Shown piece after piece: positions 1-11,117 of a stretch of 64,000 bases of DNA (within the stretch, counting starts at the first letter, position 1; every line of letters begins with the position of its first letter). The DNA is taken from NCBI GenBank assembly GCA_025449695.1, contig JANWIW010000027.1:283-64282 (forward strand). The letters run 5' to 3'. Origin of the DNA: Minisyncoccota bacterium. GTDB lineage: Bacteria; Patescibacteriota; Minisyncoccia; UBA6257; 2-01-FULL-56-20. The notes below the pieces were generated by a model that saw nothing but the letters and a program-made list of their open reading frames with translations, was not told where the DNA came from and did no database searches. The translations under genes and the position numbers were made by a program.

Positions 1-1131
1 TGGGCCTTTCATCTCGCGGACGAGTTGGCGCGCCACGGATACCTGGAACGCCTCATCACCTCTTATCCGAAGTTCGTACCGGTCAAGATGGGCGTGCCGC
101 GGGAGAAGATACGTTCGATCCTCATAAAAGAACTTCTGGAACGGGGCTGGCGGAAGATGCCGATGTTTCTCCAGAATCGCTTCGACCCTAAGGCTCCCAT
201 CACCGAACTCTACGACGCGCTGGCCCTGCGCAAGCTCGTTCCGTGCGATGTCCTGGACGGGTTCTCGAGCTTCTCTCTCCGCACCATGCGCGAGGCCAAG
301 CGCCGGTATGGCGCGGTGACGGTCATCGATCATGGCAGCGCGCACATACAGGCCCAGGAGTCGCTCATGGAGGAGGAATTTGCGCGCTGGAGCATGCCCC
401 GCATCCCATTCGAGCTGGCCAATAAGCGCATCGTCGAGAAGGAGCTCAAGGAATACGCGGAGGCGGACGCGATCGCGGTCCCGTCGCTTTTCTCGAAACG
501 GACGTTCCTCGAGCACGGCATCCCCGAATCGAAGCTGATCCATGTGCCGTATGGGGTGAACGCCGATCTCTTCCGGCCCGCGCCGAAGGAGGACAATGTG
601 TTCAGGGTGGTGTTCCGTGCCAACGTGACCCTGCGGAAGGGGATATTGTATCTTCTCCGGGCCTTCGCCGAGCTGAAGCTCAGGAATGCGGAGCTTCTCG
701 TGATCGGCGACATCGCTCCCTACATGCATCGGTTGCTGAAGCCTTATGCGGGCACCTTCATCCATGTCGGCCATCAATCCATGGAGGATCTCGCGAAGTC
801 CTACGTGCGCGGCTCGGTCTTCGTCCTGCCGACGGTCGAGGACGGCTTCGCTATGGTCCTGGTCCAGGCCATGGCGGCGGGACTGCCGGTCATCGCCACC
901 GTGAACAGCGGCGGGCCCGACCTCATCGAGGAGGGCAAACAGGGCTTCCTCGTACCCATCCGGGATGTGGACGCGCTGAAGGAAAAACTGCTCTACCTCT
1001 ACGAGCATCCCGAAGAACGCGCGGAGATGGGACGGGCGGCCGCGGCGCGGGTCGCGCAGGGGTTCACCTGGCACGATTATGGCGACGGGGTGATCGCCGC
1101 GTACGAGCGGCTGCTTGCCGCGCGCCACTAA
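1..1131 (+). CDS. Glycosyltransferase family 4 (5'-truncated by the window edge)
   Basis: Frame is open from base 1; GT-B motifs RKG and FVLPTVEDGFAMVLVQAMAAGLPVI. Confidence 0.9.
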   Translation, partial: WAFHLADELARHGYLERLITSYPKFVPVKMGVPREKIRSILIKELLERGWRKMPMFLQNRFDPKAPITELYDALALRKLVPCDVLDGFSSFSLRTMREAKRRYGAVTVIDHGSAHIQAQESLMEEEFARWSMPRIPFELANKRIVEKELKEYAEADAIAVPSLFSKRTFLEHGIPESKLIHVPYGVNADLFRPAPKEDNVFRVVFRANVTLRKGILYLLRAFAELKLRNAELLVIGDIAPYMHRLLKPYAGTFIHVGHQSMEDLAKSYVRGSVFVLPTVEDGFAMVLVQAMAAGLPVIATVNSGGPDLIEEGKQGFLVPIRDVDALKEKLLYLYEHPEERAEMGRAAAARVAQGFTWHDYGDGVIAAYERLLAARH

Positions 1132-1180
1132 GGTCCGGACTTCTTTACGGATGCCGCACGCGCCTCTACAATGACCCTCA

Positions 1181-1894
1181 ATGAAGGCCATTATCCAGGC
1201 TGGCGGCATGGGCACGCGCCTCAGGCCCGTCACCTACGAGATCCCGAAGCCCCTCCTGCCCGTCCACAAGCAGCCCATCATCAATCACCTGATCGAACTG
1301 TTCCTGAAGCACGGGATCAGGGAGGTAGCGCTCATTATTTCCACGCCTCACCGTGAGGATTTCGCCCGCTGGCAGAAGACCTGGGACGACGTGATTCCCA
1401 TGGACAAGGTGCACATCGTCTACGAGGAGAAGCCCCGGGGCACTTTCGGCGGCGTGGTGGACCTGAGGGACTGGCTTGGCGCGGAGGATTTCATCATGTC
1501 GCATGGCGATGAGCTGAAGGACTTTGATCTCACCGCCCTGGTGGAGTTCCACAAGAAGCAGGGAGCGGTGGGAACCATCGCTACAGTCCCGGTACCGGAT
1601 GCGCGTCCTTACGGCGTGCCGATGGTGGAGGGCGATGCCTCAGCCGGCTGGGTGACCGAGTTCCGGGAGAAACCGGAGAACCCTCCCTCGAACTTCGTGA
1701 ATTCGGGACTCTACGTCTTCTCTCCGAAGGTGTTCGAATACGTGGACCCGGCCCAGGAATCAATCATGACCGAATACCATGTCTTTCCCGAGCTGGCCAA
1801 AGCCAACAAGGTGGCGGCGATGCGGATGGAGAACGGGCGCTGGTACGATTGCGGCACGCTGGAGCGATGGGAGAAGGCGATGAACGAGTGGTGA
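1181..1894 (+). CDS. NDP-sugar pyrophosphorylase (mannose-1-phosphate guanylyltransferase-like)
   Basis: N-terminal AGGMGTRLRPVTYEIPKPLLPV signature; EKP and WYDCGT motifs. Confidence 0.9.
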   Translation: MKAIIQAGGMGTRLRPVTYEIPKPLLPVHKQPIINHLIELFLKHGIREVALIISTPHREDFARWQKTWDDVIPMDKVHIVYEEKPRGTFGGVVDLRDWLGAEDFIMSHGDELKDFDLTALVEFHKKQGAVGTIATVPVPDARPYGVPMVEGDASAGWVTEFREKPENPPSNFVNSGLYVFSPKVFEYVDPAQESIMTEYHVFPELAKANKVAAMRMENGRWYDCGTLERWEKAMNEW

Positions 1895-1948
1895 GCTGGT
1901 TTTACGCGTTGTCACCGGCGCCTGGCTTTGGGATAATGAAGCCGTTCC

Positions 1949-3226
1949 ATGACGAAGCTATGGCGGCGGCTCGCCGCATATGACTGGTTCGCGCTCGGTC
2001 CCGCGGTACTCGCCTTCTACGCCGCGGATTTCTTTTTAGTACCCGTCCTCGCGCTCCTTGGCGTAAGAATCGGCTTCGCTCTTGAGGGATATGAGTTTTC
2101 CCTGCGTCCTCTTCTCATAGCCCTCCTTGGCGGGGCCGCCCTGGCTGCCGGCTATTGGCTTCTTCCGTTCCGCACCTTCGCCGCGCGCCTCCCGAATCCC
2201 TGGCGCGGGCCGTGGCACAAGGGCCGGGCCAAGTTCGTTTTCCTTGCCATCTTCGGCACGGGACTCGCGGTCAAGGTCATCAAGGTCCTGGCCGGGGGAT
2301 TCTCCCTTGTCCTGCCGAGCCCCTCCTTCATCGCTCATCCTTTCTACAGCACAGTGGGATTCCTGGACCAGGTGAACATCTTCGCGATCGCACTGGCCGC
2401 CGCCTTCGCGCTCCGCCCGCCCGCGGACGATCCCAAGGAGGCCAGGTTCTGGAGGATCGCCTCCCAGGTCGCGATCCTCACCGAGGTGGCATACAACTTC
2501 CCGACCTGCACCCGGACCGCCGTCGTAATACCCCTCCTCGTATGGATCATCGCGGAGTGGTATCTCGGCAAGCGCTCCTACAAGCCCATACTCGCCTTCG
2601 CCGTGGCGATGTGGTTCATCTTCAGCTGGGGCAGCGTGTGCCGTAATCCCCTAGGACTCAGGTCGTACAAGGTGCTGGACAGTTCCCTCGAGGTGCATGT
2701 GGAACATCTGCCGACCTTCGTGACTGATAATGTAGTGGGCCGTTTCAACCAGATGCGCGTCCTCGATCCCATCAGCCGGGACGTGGTCCCGCGCCGCGGT
2801 TTCGCATTCTTGGAGAACGTGCTGGTAAGTATGGGGCCGCCGCGCTTCCTCTGGCATTCCAAGCCGGCAATCAACGCGGATGGCCACGTGCTCGGGGTGA
2901 GGCTCGGTGCGCTCGCGCCTTCGGACACCGTTACTACCATTGGCGCGACCTGGGTCGGCGACTGGTACCTGGCGTTCGGCATATGGAGCGTAGTGATCGG
3001 CATGTTTCTGACCGGCGGCGTGCTGCGGCTTACTTACGAATATTTCATCTCGGCCACGCTCCGCGCCGCGACGGCGGTGGGCGCCTACGCCGCGCTATGG
3101 GTTTTCGTCCTCAGGAGCGTCGAGACGAGCCTCGCTCCCGCAATCGCCGGCAACCTCAAGCTTTTCATCGCGATGTTTCTCATCGCCCTTTTCGCGCGGG
3201 AGTGGCGCAGGACCCCGAAAGCCTGA
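1949..3226 (+). CDS. Polytopic membrane protein, probable Wzy-like polysaccharide polymerase
   Basis: Many hydrophobic segments with a large loop; lies within a glycosyltransferase cluster. Confidence 0.6.
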   Translation: MTKLWRRLAAYDWFALGPAVLAFYAADFFLVPVLALLGVRIGFALEGYEFSLRPLLIALLGGAALAAGYWLLPFRTFAARLPNPWRGPWHKGRAKFVFLAIFGTGLAVKVIKVLAGGFSLVLPSPSFIAHPFYSTVGFLDQVNIFAIALAAAFALRPPADDPKEARFWRIASQVAILTEVAYNFPTCTRTAVVIPLLVWIIAEWYLGKRSYKPILAFAVAMWFIFSWGSVCRNPLGLRSYKVLDSSLEVHVEHLPTFVTDNVVGRFNQMRVLDPISRDVVPRRGFAFLENVLVSMGPPRFLWHSKPAINADGHVLGVRLGALAPSDTVTTIGATWVGDWYLAFGIWSVVIGMFLTGGVLRLTYEYFISATLRAATAVGAYAALWVFVLRSVETSLAPAIAGNLKLFIAMFLIALFAREWRRTPKA

Positions 3227-3380
3227 TTTGCGGGCGCGGCAGGAACTGCCATAATAACCGTCACGTGTCCCGTTTGAGACACCCTTACCATGCCCAGATT
3301 CTTTAATACAAAACTACCTGCTGGTGCGTCAGGTATGCCGGCAATTCACGGAAACGCTTGCGTTTCCGGTCTCTAACGGG

Positions 3381-4583
3381 ATGCGCATCCTGCACGTTTC
3401 GCCGACCTATCCTCCGGCGTACTACGGGGGAGCGATTGCGAGTGCTCATGCCGTGAACAAGTATCTGGTCCGTGCCGGGGCGGAGGTGGTCGTGTATACG
3501 ACCGCGGTGAACGGCGGCGCGGACCTGGACGTGCCGCTCGGCACGCCCCTCGACGTGGAAGGCGTGCAGGTGACGTATTTCAAGCCGGACTCTCCGCGGG
3601 CCTGGTTTTATTCCGGAGGTCTCCGCCGCGCGCTCTCCGCCGCCGCGCCCGGCTTCGATGCCCTCCACGAGACCTCCGTTTTTCTTTCCACGTCCTGGCT
3701 CACCGCGCGGGCGGCTGCGCGGAACCGCAAGCCTTACCTTATCTCCCCGCGAGGCGCTCTCATGCGCGCGCCGCTCCGGAGCAAGCAACTGAAGAAGGCG
3801 CTTTATATCGCCGCCATCGAGAAAAGAAATCTCAGGAACGCCACTGCCATCCATTTCACCGCCGCCATCGAGAAGGAGGAATACGATACGCTCGGGCTGC
3901 CCCGCCAGGGCAGCGTGCTCATCCCGAACGGGCTGGACACGGAGACGCTCGCGCCGGGCGACGGCACCGCCTTCCGGAAGCGGTTCGGCATCCGGCCGGA
4001 GCAAAAGGTAGTCTTGTTTCTCGGCCGTATCAGTTGGAAAAAGGGATTGGACACGCTCCTCGAGTCCTTCGGCGGGCTGGCGCGCGAGCTTCCGGATGCC
4101 GTGCTTGTGATCGCGGGCGGGGACGACGAAGGCTACATGCCCACGGTGCAAAAGCTGATCGCCGGGCAGGACATCTCCTCCCGGGTCGTCATGACCGGCA
4201 CCCTCCAGGGAGAGGACAGGTCGAATGCGTATGCCGCCGCGGATGTGTTCATCCTCGCTTCCTATGCCGAGAACTTCGGCAACTCCGTGGCGGAGGCCAT
4301 GCACTTCGGCGTGCCTGTGGTGATCACGGACGCGGTCGGCCTCGCGCCGCAGGTGCGTGCCGCGGAGGCGGGCTTCGTGACCCGCAAGGATCCGCTGGAG
4401 GTGAAGTTTGCGCTGTTCAAGCTCCTGCAGTCGCCGGCACTCCGCCGCGCGATGGGCGAGCATGGCCGGAGGCTGGTCAAGGAGGATCTCTCCTACACCG
4501 CCGTTGCCGGCAGGTTCCTGGAGGCATACACTCAATGCATTGCCGCGTACCGCACCGGCAGGACGCGCGCCATAGATCTATGA
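3381..4583 (+). CDS. Glycosyltransferase family 4
   Basis: Starts MRILHV; LFLGRISWKKG and ENFGNSVAEAM motifs; start placed at ATG 3381. Confidence 0.9.
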   Translation: MRILHVSPTYPPAYYGGAIASAHAVNKYLVRAGAEVVVYTTAVNGGADLDVPLGTPLDVEGVQVTYFKPDSPRAWFYSGGLRRALSAAAPGFDALHETSVFLSTSWLTARAAARNRKPYLISPRGALMRAPLRSKQLKKALYIAAIEKRNLRNATAIHFTAAIEKEEYDTLGLPRQGSVLIPNGLDTETLAPGDGTAFRKRFGIRPEQKVVLFLGRISWKKGLDTLLESFGGLARELPDAVLVIAGGDDEGYMPTVQKLIAGQDISSRVVMTGTLQGEDRSNAYAAADVFILASYAENFGNSVAEAMHFGVPVVITDAVGLAPQVRAAEAGFVTRKDPLEVKFALFKLLQSPALRRAMGEHGRRLVKEDLSYTAVAGRFLEAYTQCIAAYRTGRTRAIDL

Positions 4584-5500
4584 GGATACTCATCACCGGC
4601 GGAGCGGGGTTCATCGGCAGCCATGTCACGGATGCATACGCGGCCAAAGGGCATAAGGTGACCGTGGTCGACAACCTCTCGAGCGGCACGCGAAAGAACG
4701 TGCCGCGCGCGGCCGGATTTTACCGGGCGGACATCCGGGACATCGGAGCGATGCGCAAGATAATGGCCAAAGAGCGGCCGGAGGTGGTGAGCCACCATGC
4801 GGCCATCATGGAGGTGGTGAAATCGGTTCGCGACCCGTTGGCCACGTTCGACGTGAACGTGCGGGGCACGCTGAACCTGCTCATGGCCTTCGGGGAAGAG
4901 GTTAGGGTGAAGCGCAAGCGGTACATCTTCGCTTCCTCCGGCGGGGCCATCTACGGCGACCCGCCCCGGCCGCCCGCCTCCGAAGCCGCCTTGCTCCGGC
5001 CGCTTTCCCCCTACGGCCATTCCAAGAAGCTCGGCGAGGAACTGGTGGAGTTCCATGCCCGATATTTCGGTTTCGACTATGTGAACCTGCGCTACGGCAA
5101 CGTGTTCGGCCCCCGGCAGAGCCCCCATGGAGCGGCAGGGGTCATCGCCATTTTCGGAGACCTGGTGAAGCAGGGGAAGCGTCCGACCATCTTCGGTGAC
5201 GGGTCCAAGACCCGGGATTATATATTCGTAGATGACGCGGTCGCGGCCAACCTCGCCGCGCTCCGCAAAGGAGGAGACATGACCTTCAACATAGGTTCGG
5301 GCAAGGGTACGTCCGATCAGGAGGTGTTCGAGGCCATCGCCGCGCGATATGGATATAAAGGGAAGGTCCGCTACGCGGCGCGGCGGAAGGGCGAGGTAAC
5401 CCATATTGTCCTCGACACCCGGCGCGCGAGGCGGATCCTCGGTTGGAAGTCCCGCACATCCTTCCGGGAAGGCGTCCGGCGTACTATGGACGCTCTATAA
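4580..5500 (+). CDS. NAD-dependent epimerase/dehydratase (UDP-glucose 4-epimerase-like)
   Basis: [13 protein letters not shown] Rossmann motif, YGHSK (YxxxK), LRYGNVFGPRQ; ATGA overlap with the upstream gene. Confidence 0.92.
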   Translation: MRILITGGAGFIGSHVTDAYAAKGHKVTVVDNLSSGTRKNVPRAAGFYRADIRDIGAMRKIMAKERPEVVSHHAAIMEVVKSVRDPLATFDVNVRGTLNLLMAFGEEVRVKRKRYIFASSGGAIYGDPPRPPASEAALLRPLSPYGHSKKLGEELVEFHARYFGFDYVNLRYGNVFGPRQSPHGAAGVIAIFGDLVKQGKRPTIFGDGSKTRDYIFVDDAVAANLAALRKGGDMTFNIGSGKGTSDQEVFEAIAARYGYKGKVRYAARRKGEVTHIVLDTRRARRILGWKSRTSFREGVRRTMDAL

Positions 5501-5514
5501 TAAGGGACATTGTC

Positions 5515-6387
5515 ATGAAACCCCTTCCGCTAAGCGCTATTGTCCTCACTTACAATGAGGAAGCGAACATAGAAGAGTGCCTGCAGAGCCTCGCCGGCCG
5601 GGTGGACGAGATATTTGTCGTGGACAGCGGCTCGACTGATGGCACTCTCGCGATCGCCAGGCGCTACACGTCCCATATCGCGGAGCATCCCTTCAGGAAC
5701 TGGGCGGACCAGTTCAACTGGGCCGCGGATACGCTGCCATTGAAACATCAGTGGATCATGCGCCTCGATGCCGACGAGCGCATGACGCCGGATGCGTGGC
5801 GGGAGCTCGGGGATCTCTGGCCGAATCTCGGCGAGGATGCCTCCGGCATCGCCATAATGAAAGAGTTCTACTTTATGGGACGGGTCATGAGGCATGGCGG
5901 GCATTTTCTGCCCTGGATACGCCTCTGGCGGCGGGACCGGGCGCATTTCGAGGAGAGGCCCATGGACGAGCATTTGATCTTTTCCTCGGGGCGAGTGACG
6001 ACCCTGAAACACCCTTTCCGGGAGGAGGATCGCAAGGGCTTCCGGGCCTGGCTCACGAAGCACGTGACCTACGCCGAGCGCGAGGTCCAGGCACTGACCG
6101 GTCCCGGCGGCGACCTGGTCGCGCCCGATCTCAAAGGTTCCGCCGTCGCGCGCAAGAAGTGGCTCAAGCAGAACGTGTACCAAAAGCTGCCCCTCTTCGT
6201 CCGTCCCTTCCTCTATTTCTTCTACCGCTACGTGGTGCAAAGGGGCTTCCTCGACGGCAAGGAGGGCTTCATCTTCCACTTCTTCCAGGGGCTCTGGTAC
6301 CGCATGCTTGTGGACGTGAAGCTGTACGAGCTAAGGAAGAATCGACCCTTCGATAAAGCTCAGGGTAAAGAATCGACCCTTCGATAA
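5515..6387 (+). CDS. Glycosyltransferase family 2
   Basis: LTYNEEANI, VDSGSTDGT, LDADE and GFLDGKEG motifs. Confidence 0.9.
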   Translation: MKPLPLSAIVLTYNEEANIEECLQSLAGRVDEIFVVDSGSTDGTLAIARRYTSHIAEHPFRNWADQFNWAADTLPLKHQWIMRLDADERMTPDAWRELGDLWPNLGEDASGIAIMKEFYFMGRVMRHGGHFLPWIRLWRRDRAHFEERPMDEHLIFSSGRVTTLKHPFREEDRKGFRAWLTKHVTYAEREVQALTGPGGDLVAPDLKGSAVARKKWLKQNVYQKLPLFVRPFLYFFYRYVVQRGFLDGKEGFIFHFFQGLWYRMLVDVKLYELRKNRPFDKAQGKESTLR

Positions 6388-6407
6388 AGCTCAGGGTAAA
6401 GAATCGA
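6337..6407. repeat. Tandem duplication of a 31-bp unit containing a CCCTTCGA..AAGCTCAGGG REP-like palindrome
   Basis: aagaatcgacccttcgataaagctcagggta twice plus a 9-nt partial copy; overlaps the GT2 stop codon. Confidence 0.9.
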
Positions 6408-6498
6408 GAATGAACGCGGGAGCTTTGCCGCGTGCCTTAGTTAACTGCGTAAAATGACGAGCGCCGAGCTAAGCTCGGCGTCGCATGTCTTCTCGCGC

Positions 6499-6840
6499 TC
6501 ACGGCGTGAGCAGTACGTTCTGGTGGGTAGAAGTGTACCAGGTCACGCTGGTGCCTTCATTGCCCGATGGTTGGAATTCGAAGCAGATGAACCCTTCGGG
6601 ATCCACGCCCACTTCGCAGGTGTGGCTGTGTGTGGGCAGATCTTCCGAGACTTCTTCGGCCTGGATGGTGCCCTGGGCCCACACTCCCTGACGGTCCGTG
6701 TCGAGGTGTGCCAGGTAGTTCCAATCCACCGAGCACGTGACCTCGAACTGCGCCGGATGCTTGTGCAGCAGGATCCTGCCGCTGGGGTACTGGTCGATCG
6801 TGATCGCGGTGACCGTGAACTGCCGCGTAGTAATGGTCAT
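6499..6840 (-). CDS. Hypothetical orphan protein (113 aa), antisense within the polysaccharide cluster
   Basis: SD GAGGAG and a TTGACG..TACACT promoter upstream; hairpin downstream. Confidence 0.65.
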   Translation of the reverse strand: MTITTRQFTVTAITIDQYPSGRILLHKHPAQFEVTCSVDWNYLAHLDTDRQGVWAQGTIQAEEVSEDLPTHSHTCEVGVDPEGFICFEFQPSGNEGTSVTWYTSTHQNVLLTP

Positions 6841-6936
6841 CCTTGACTCCTCTCTGACGACATAGTGTAGTGGCTCGATTCCTGTCCGTCAACGGCAATT
6901 CCCATTTGGAAGTTTCGCGCTATACTACCAGCACTT

Positions 6937-8670
6937 ATGTTCATCCTGGGGCTGAACGCCTTCCACGGCGACTCTTCCGCCTGCATCGTGAAGGACGGGG
7001 AACTTTTGGCCGCCATCGAGGAGGAGCGCCTGCGCAGGGTAAAGCACTGGGCGGGATTGCCCGTCGAAGCGGTGAGGTTCTGCCTGGACCTCGCGGGCAT
7101 AACTCTGGACCAGGTGGATCGCATCGGCGTGTCGCGCGATCCCCGCGCGAACTTCTGGAAGAAGGTCGGTTTTGCGGTGACCCATGGCTTGAGCCCACGG
7201 GCGATGGCCGGCCGCGCGCGGAACCTCGGCAAAGTGAAAGGGGGAGTGGCGGAAGGTTTGGGCGCGGCGTTCGATATGTCGCCGGCCCTCCTTAGGAAAA
7301 AGATCGTGGGAGTGGAACATCACCGCGCGCACATCGCGAGCGCGTTCCTGGTGTCGCCGTTCGATGACGCCGCGGTGCTCTCGGTGGACGGGATGGGAGA
7401 CTTCGTGAGCACGATGTGGGGCGCGGGGCATGGGAACCGCATCCTTCCCGCCGCCACGGTGGAATATCCGCATTCGCTGGGATTCCTGTACACGGCACTC
7501 ACCCAGTATCTGGGATTCTGGAAGTATGGCGACGAGTACAAGGTGATGGGTCTCTCCGGTTTCGGCACGCCCCGGTTCCTGCCCGAGCTCCGCAAACTGA
7601 TCAGGCTCATGCCGGATGGCGGCTTCCAATTGAACCTGCGCTACTTTGCCCACCGCCGCGCGGTGGTCGGCATGTCCTGGGAAGGCGGCGAGCCGGTCAT
7701 CGGCCGCCTGTTCTCGGAAGAGCTGGAGCGTCTGCTCGGTCCCGCCCGCAGATATGAGGACCCTATTACCAGGGACCATGAGAATATCGCCGCATCGCTC
7801 CAGGCGCTCTACGAGGAGGTGTTCTTCCACATACTGGAAGACCTACACCGGCGGACCGGCTTAACCAAGCTCGCCTTCGCGGGCGGTTGCGCGCAGAACA
7901 GTCTCGCGAACGGCAGGATCTACGCGAATTCCGCGTTCCAAGAAGTGTACGTCCCGCCGGCGGGACATGACGCCGGTACGGCCATCGGCGCGGCTTTCTA
8001 TATCTGGAACCAGGTCCTCGGGAACCGGCGGGGTTTCGAGATGAGGAGTCCCTTCTGGGGCATGGAGTTCGGCGATGCGCAATGCAAGGCAGCGCTCGAC
8101 ACGGCGGGCCTCGCGCCGGAACATCTTGAGGACGACGAGCTCTTCCCGCGCGTCGCGAGGCTCGTCGCGGACGGGAACATCGTCGGTTGGTATCAGGGGC
8201 GCACGGAGTGGGGCCCCCGGGCGCTGGGCGACCGGAGTATCGTGGCCAATCCCGCTTTCCCGGAGATCAAGGAGCGCATGAACCTGAAGATCAAGAAGCG
8301 CGAGCCATTTCGTCCATTCGCGCCCTCCGTCCTTGAAGAGGCGGTGGGCGACTACTTCGAGTCGCACGGCCCCGTGCCGTTCATGGAGAAGGTATACGTT
8401 ATCCGTAAGGAGGTGCGCGATAAGATCCCCGCAGTGGTCCACGTGGACGGCACCGGCCGCCTGCAGACCGTGAGCCGGGATGTGAACCCGCGTTATCACC
8501 GCCTGATCGAAGCGGTCGGCAAGCTAACCGGCGTCCCTATGGTGTTGAACACCTCCTTCAACGAGAACGAGCCGATCGTGAACCGGCCGGAAGAGGCAAT
8601 AGACTGCTTCTTGCGCACCAAAATGGACGCGCTGGTGCTGGGAAACTACCTCGTTGAGCGAAAAACATAA
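6937..8670 (+). CDS. Carbamoyltransferase (NodU/CmcH family)
   Basis: HGDSSAC, EEERLRRVKH, EHHRAH, EYKVMGLS, GPRALGDRS and LNTSFN motifs. Confidence 0.95.
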   Translation: MFILGLNAFHGDSSACIVKDGELLAAIEEERLRRVKHWAGLPVEAVRFCLDLAGITLDQVDRIGVSRDPRANFWKKVGFAVTHGLSPRAMAGRARNLGKVKGGVAEGLGAAFDMSPALLRKKIVGVEHHRAHIASAFLVSPFDDAAVLSVDGMGDFVSTMWGAGHGNRILPAATVEYPHSLGFLYTALTQYLGFWKYGDEYKVMGLSGFGTPRFLPELRKLIRLMPDGGFQLNLRYFAHRRAVVGMSWEGGEPVIGRLFSEELERLLGPARRYEDPITRDHENIAASLQALYEEVFFHILEDLHRRTGLTKLAFAGGCAQNSLANGRIYANSAFQEVYVPPAGHDAGTAIGAAFYIWNQVLGNRRGFEMRSPFWGMEFGDAQCKAALDTAGLAPEHLEDDELFPRVARLVADGNIVGWYQGRTEWGPRALGDRSIVANPAFPEIKERMNLKIKKREPFRPFAPSVLEEAVGDYFESHGPVPFMEKVYVIRKEVRDKIPAVVHVDGTGRLQTVSRDVNPRYHRLIEAVGKLTGVPMVLNTSFNENEPIVNRPEEAIDCFLRTKMDALVLGNYLVERKT

Positions 8671-8686
8671 TCGTGATATCTTTTTC

Positions 8687-8770
8687 TGTCGTCCTGAGGT
8701 ATTCCGAAGGACCTTCTGCCCCCGAAAAGAGAAGGTTCTTCGCCCGTCCGCTGGAGGGCTCAGAATGACA
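8687..8770. repeat. REP doublet (TGTCRTCCTGAG...CTCAGAATGACA family)
   Basis: Inverted ends; first arm nearly identical to the one at 40382. Confidence 0.8.
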
Positions 8771-8780
8771 AACATTACAC

Positions 8781-9533
8781 ATGATCTCTTTACCCAAAGT
8801 AACCGTCATCACCGTGGTCCGGAACGGGCGCGAGTTCATTCGCGACTGCGTGGAGAGCGTTCTCGCGCAGGCCCATCCGGACATCGAGTACATCGTGAAG
8901 GACGCGGGCTCGACCGATGGCACGCTGGATATTCTCGCGGAATACGGAAACAGGCTAAAGGTCATATCCTCGCCGGACACCGGAATGTACGACGGCCTGA
9001 ACCAGGCGCTGGCCGCGGCGACGGGAAATATCGTCGCCACGCTGAACAGCGACGACATGTACACGACGCCGAAGGCGGTCGCCGGCATGGTCGCGAAGAT
9101 GGAAGAGAGCGGCGCGGACATGGGCTGGGGCGACCTGGTCATCGTGGATCGTGCCGACGTCTCCAGGGTGGTGCGCCGCTGGACCGCCGGGGCTTATATC
9201 CCGGGCAAGCTCCGCTGGGGGTGGCATCCGCCGCATCCCAGCACGTTCGTCCGCCGGAGCGCCTACGGGAAATACGGGGCCTTCCGTACGGACATGCGCA
9301 TCTCCGCAGATTACGAGCTCATGCTGCGCATGCTCGGCAGGCATCATATCGCTTCTTGTTACCTGCCCGAGACCCTGGTTACAATGAGGGCTGGCGGCGC
9401 CAGTAACCGGCCGCTCGCCGTTCTCTGGAAGTCGCGTGTGGAGGACGCACGGGCCTGGCGAGTGAACGGCATGGGTGGCGGATGGTTCACGGCGCTCGTT
9501 AAGCCATTCTCGAAATTACTCCAGCTGATATGA
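8781..9533 (+). CDS. Glycosyltransferase family 2 (WcaE-like)
   Basis: DAGSTDGT, GMYDGLNQ, LNSDD, PPHPSTF and ADYEL motifs. Confidence 0.9.
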   Translation: MISLPKVTVITVVRNGREFIRDCVESVLAQAHPDIEYIVKDAGSTDGTLDILAEYGNRLKVISSPDTGMYDGLNQALAAATGNIVATLNSDDMYTTPKAVAGMVAKMEESGADMGWGDLVIVDRADVSRVVRRWTAGAYIPGKLRWGWHPPHPSTFVRRSAYGKYGAFRTDMRISADYELMLRMLGRHHIASCYLPETLVTMRAGGASNRPLAVLWKSRVEDARAWRVNGMGGGWFTALVKPFSKLLQLI

Positions 9534-10559
<1,026 letters not shown>

Positions 10560-10574
10560 TTTTAAAACGAGTCG

Positions 10575-10602
10575 AGGGCGCCTGCGAAAGGCGCCCTCTT
10601 TA
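10575..10602. terminator. Hairpin terminator between convergent genes
   Basis: gagggcgcct-gcgaa-aggcgccctc followed by a T run. Confidence 0.75.
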
Positions 10603-10608
10603 TTGTTT

Positions 10609-10995
10609 CTAGAGCCGGACTCCCCATATCCGGTCCAGAATGAAGAACAGGTGGTCGGCTGCCTCCGGCGTCATAAGCGAGCCGGCGATCCATCCGCCCA
10701 GCAAGCAGATGCCGAAGCCGCTCAACACGAACATCGGCAGCACCACCCAGCGGATGCAGTTCTTCGGCCGCGACAGGCGGTAACCCTCAAAGGGTTGGTA
10801 GGCCGCCTTGTAATAGCCGAGAGCCAGAGCCGCGGCGACTAGTGCGGTCACCGATCCCTCATAAGAGAGGCCGGTCCAGCCGGTGCGTCCGAGAAGGGGA
10901 AGGAGAACTAATCCGACGATGGTGAGGCCGTCGGAGTTACGGAAGTATTTCCGCACGAGGGGGTAGTCCCAGGCGCGGAGCGCGAGAGCGTGCAT
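10609..10995 (-). CDS. Hypothetical membrane protein (orphan)
   Basis: SD AAAGGAG; hydrophobic segments; own promoter and leader hairpin. Confidence 0.7.
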   Translation of the reverse strand: MHALALRAWDYPLVRKYFRNSDGLTIVGLVLLPLLGRTGWTGLSYEGSVTALVAAALALGYYKAAYQPFEGYRLSRPKNCIRWVVLPMFVLSGFGICLLGGWIAGSLMTPEAADHLFFILDRIWGVRL

Positions 10996-11008
10996 CTAAA
11001 GCTCCTTT

Positions 11009-11110
11009 CGTCAGTTGCAGCTCCAAATGCCCTTACAAGGACGCTTGGAGCCGCAACCGACGGATTTCAAAATGCGCTTTCATTATAACACATAACTATA
11101 CAAAAAGCAA
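11009..11110 (-). promoter_or_regulatory. Sigma70 promoter + boxA-like motif + 19-bp leader hairpin
   Basis: TTGCTT-17-TATAAT, CATTTTGAAA, stem 11009-11062 whose only non-Watson-Crick pairs are three G-U pairs on the sense strand. Confidence 0.75.
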
Positions 11111-11117
11111 GTTTCTG

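Noticed and set aside
6337-6407. Possible CRISPR array
   Set aside because: Only two adjacent copies with no spacer, and no cas genes in the window.
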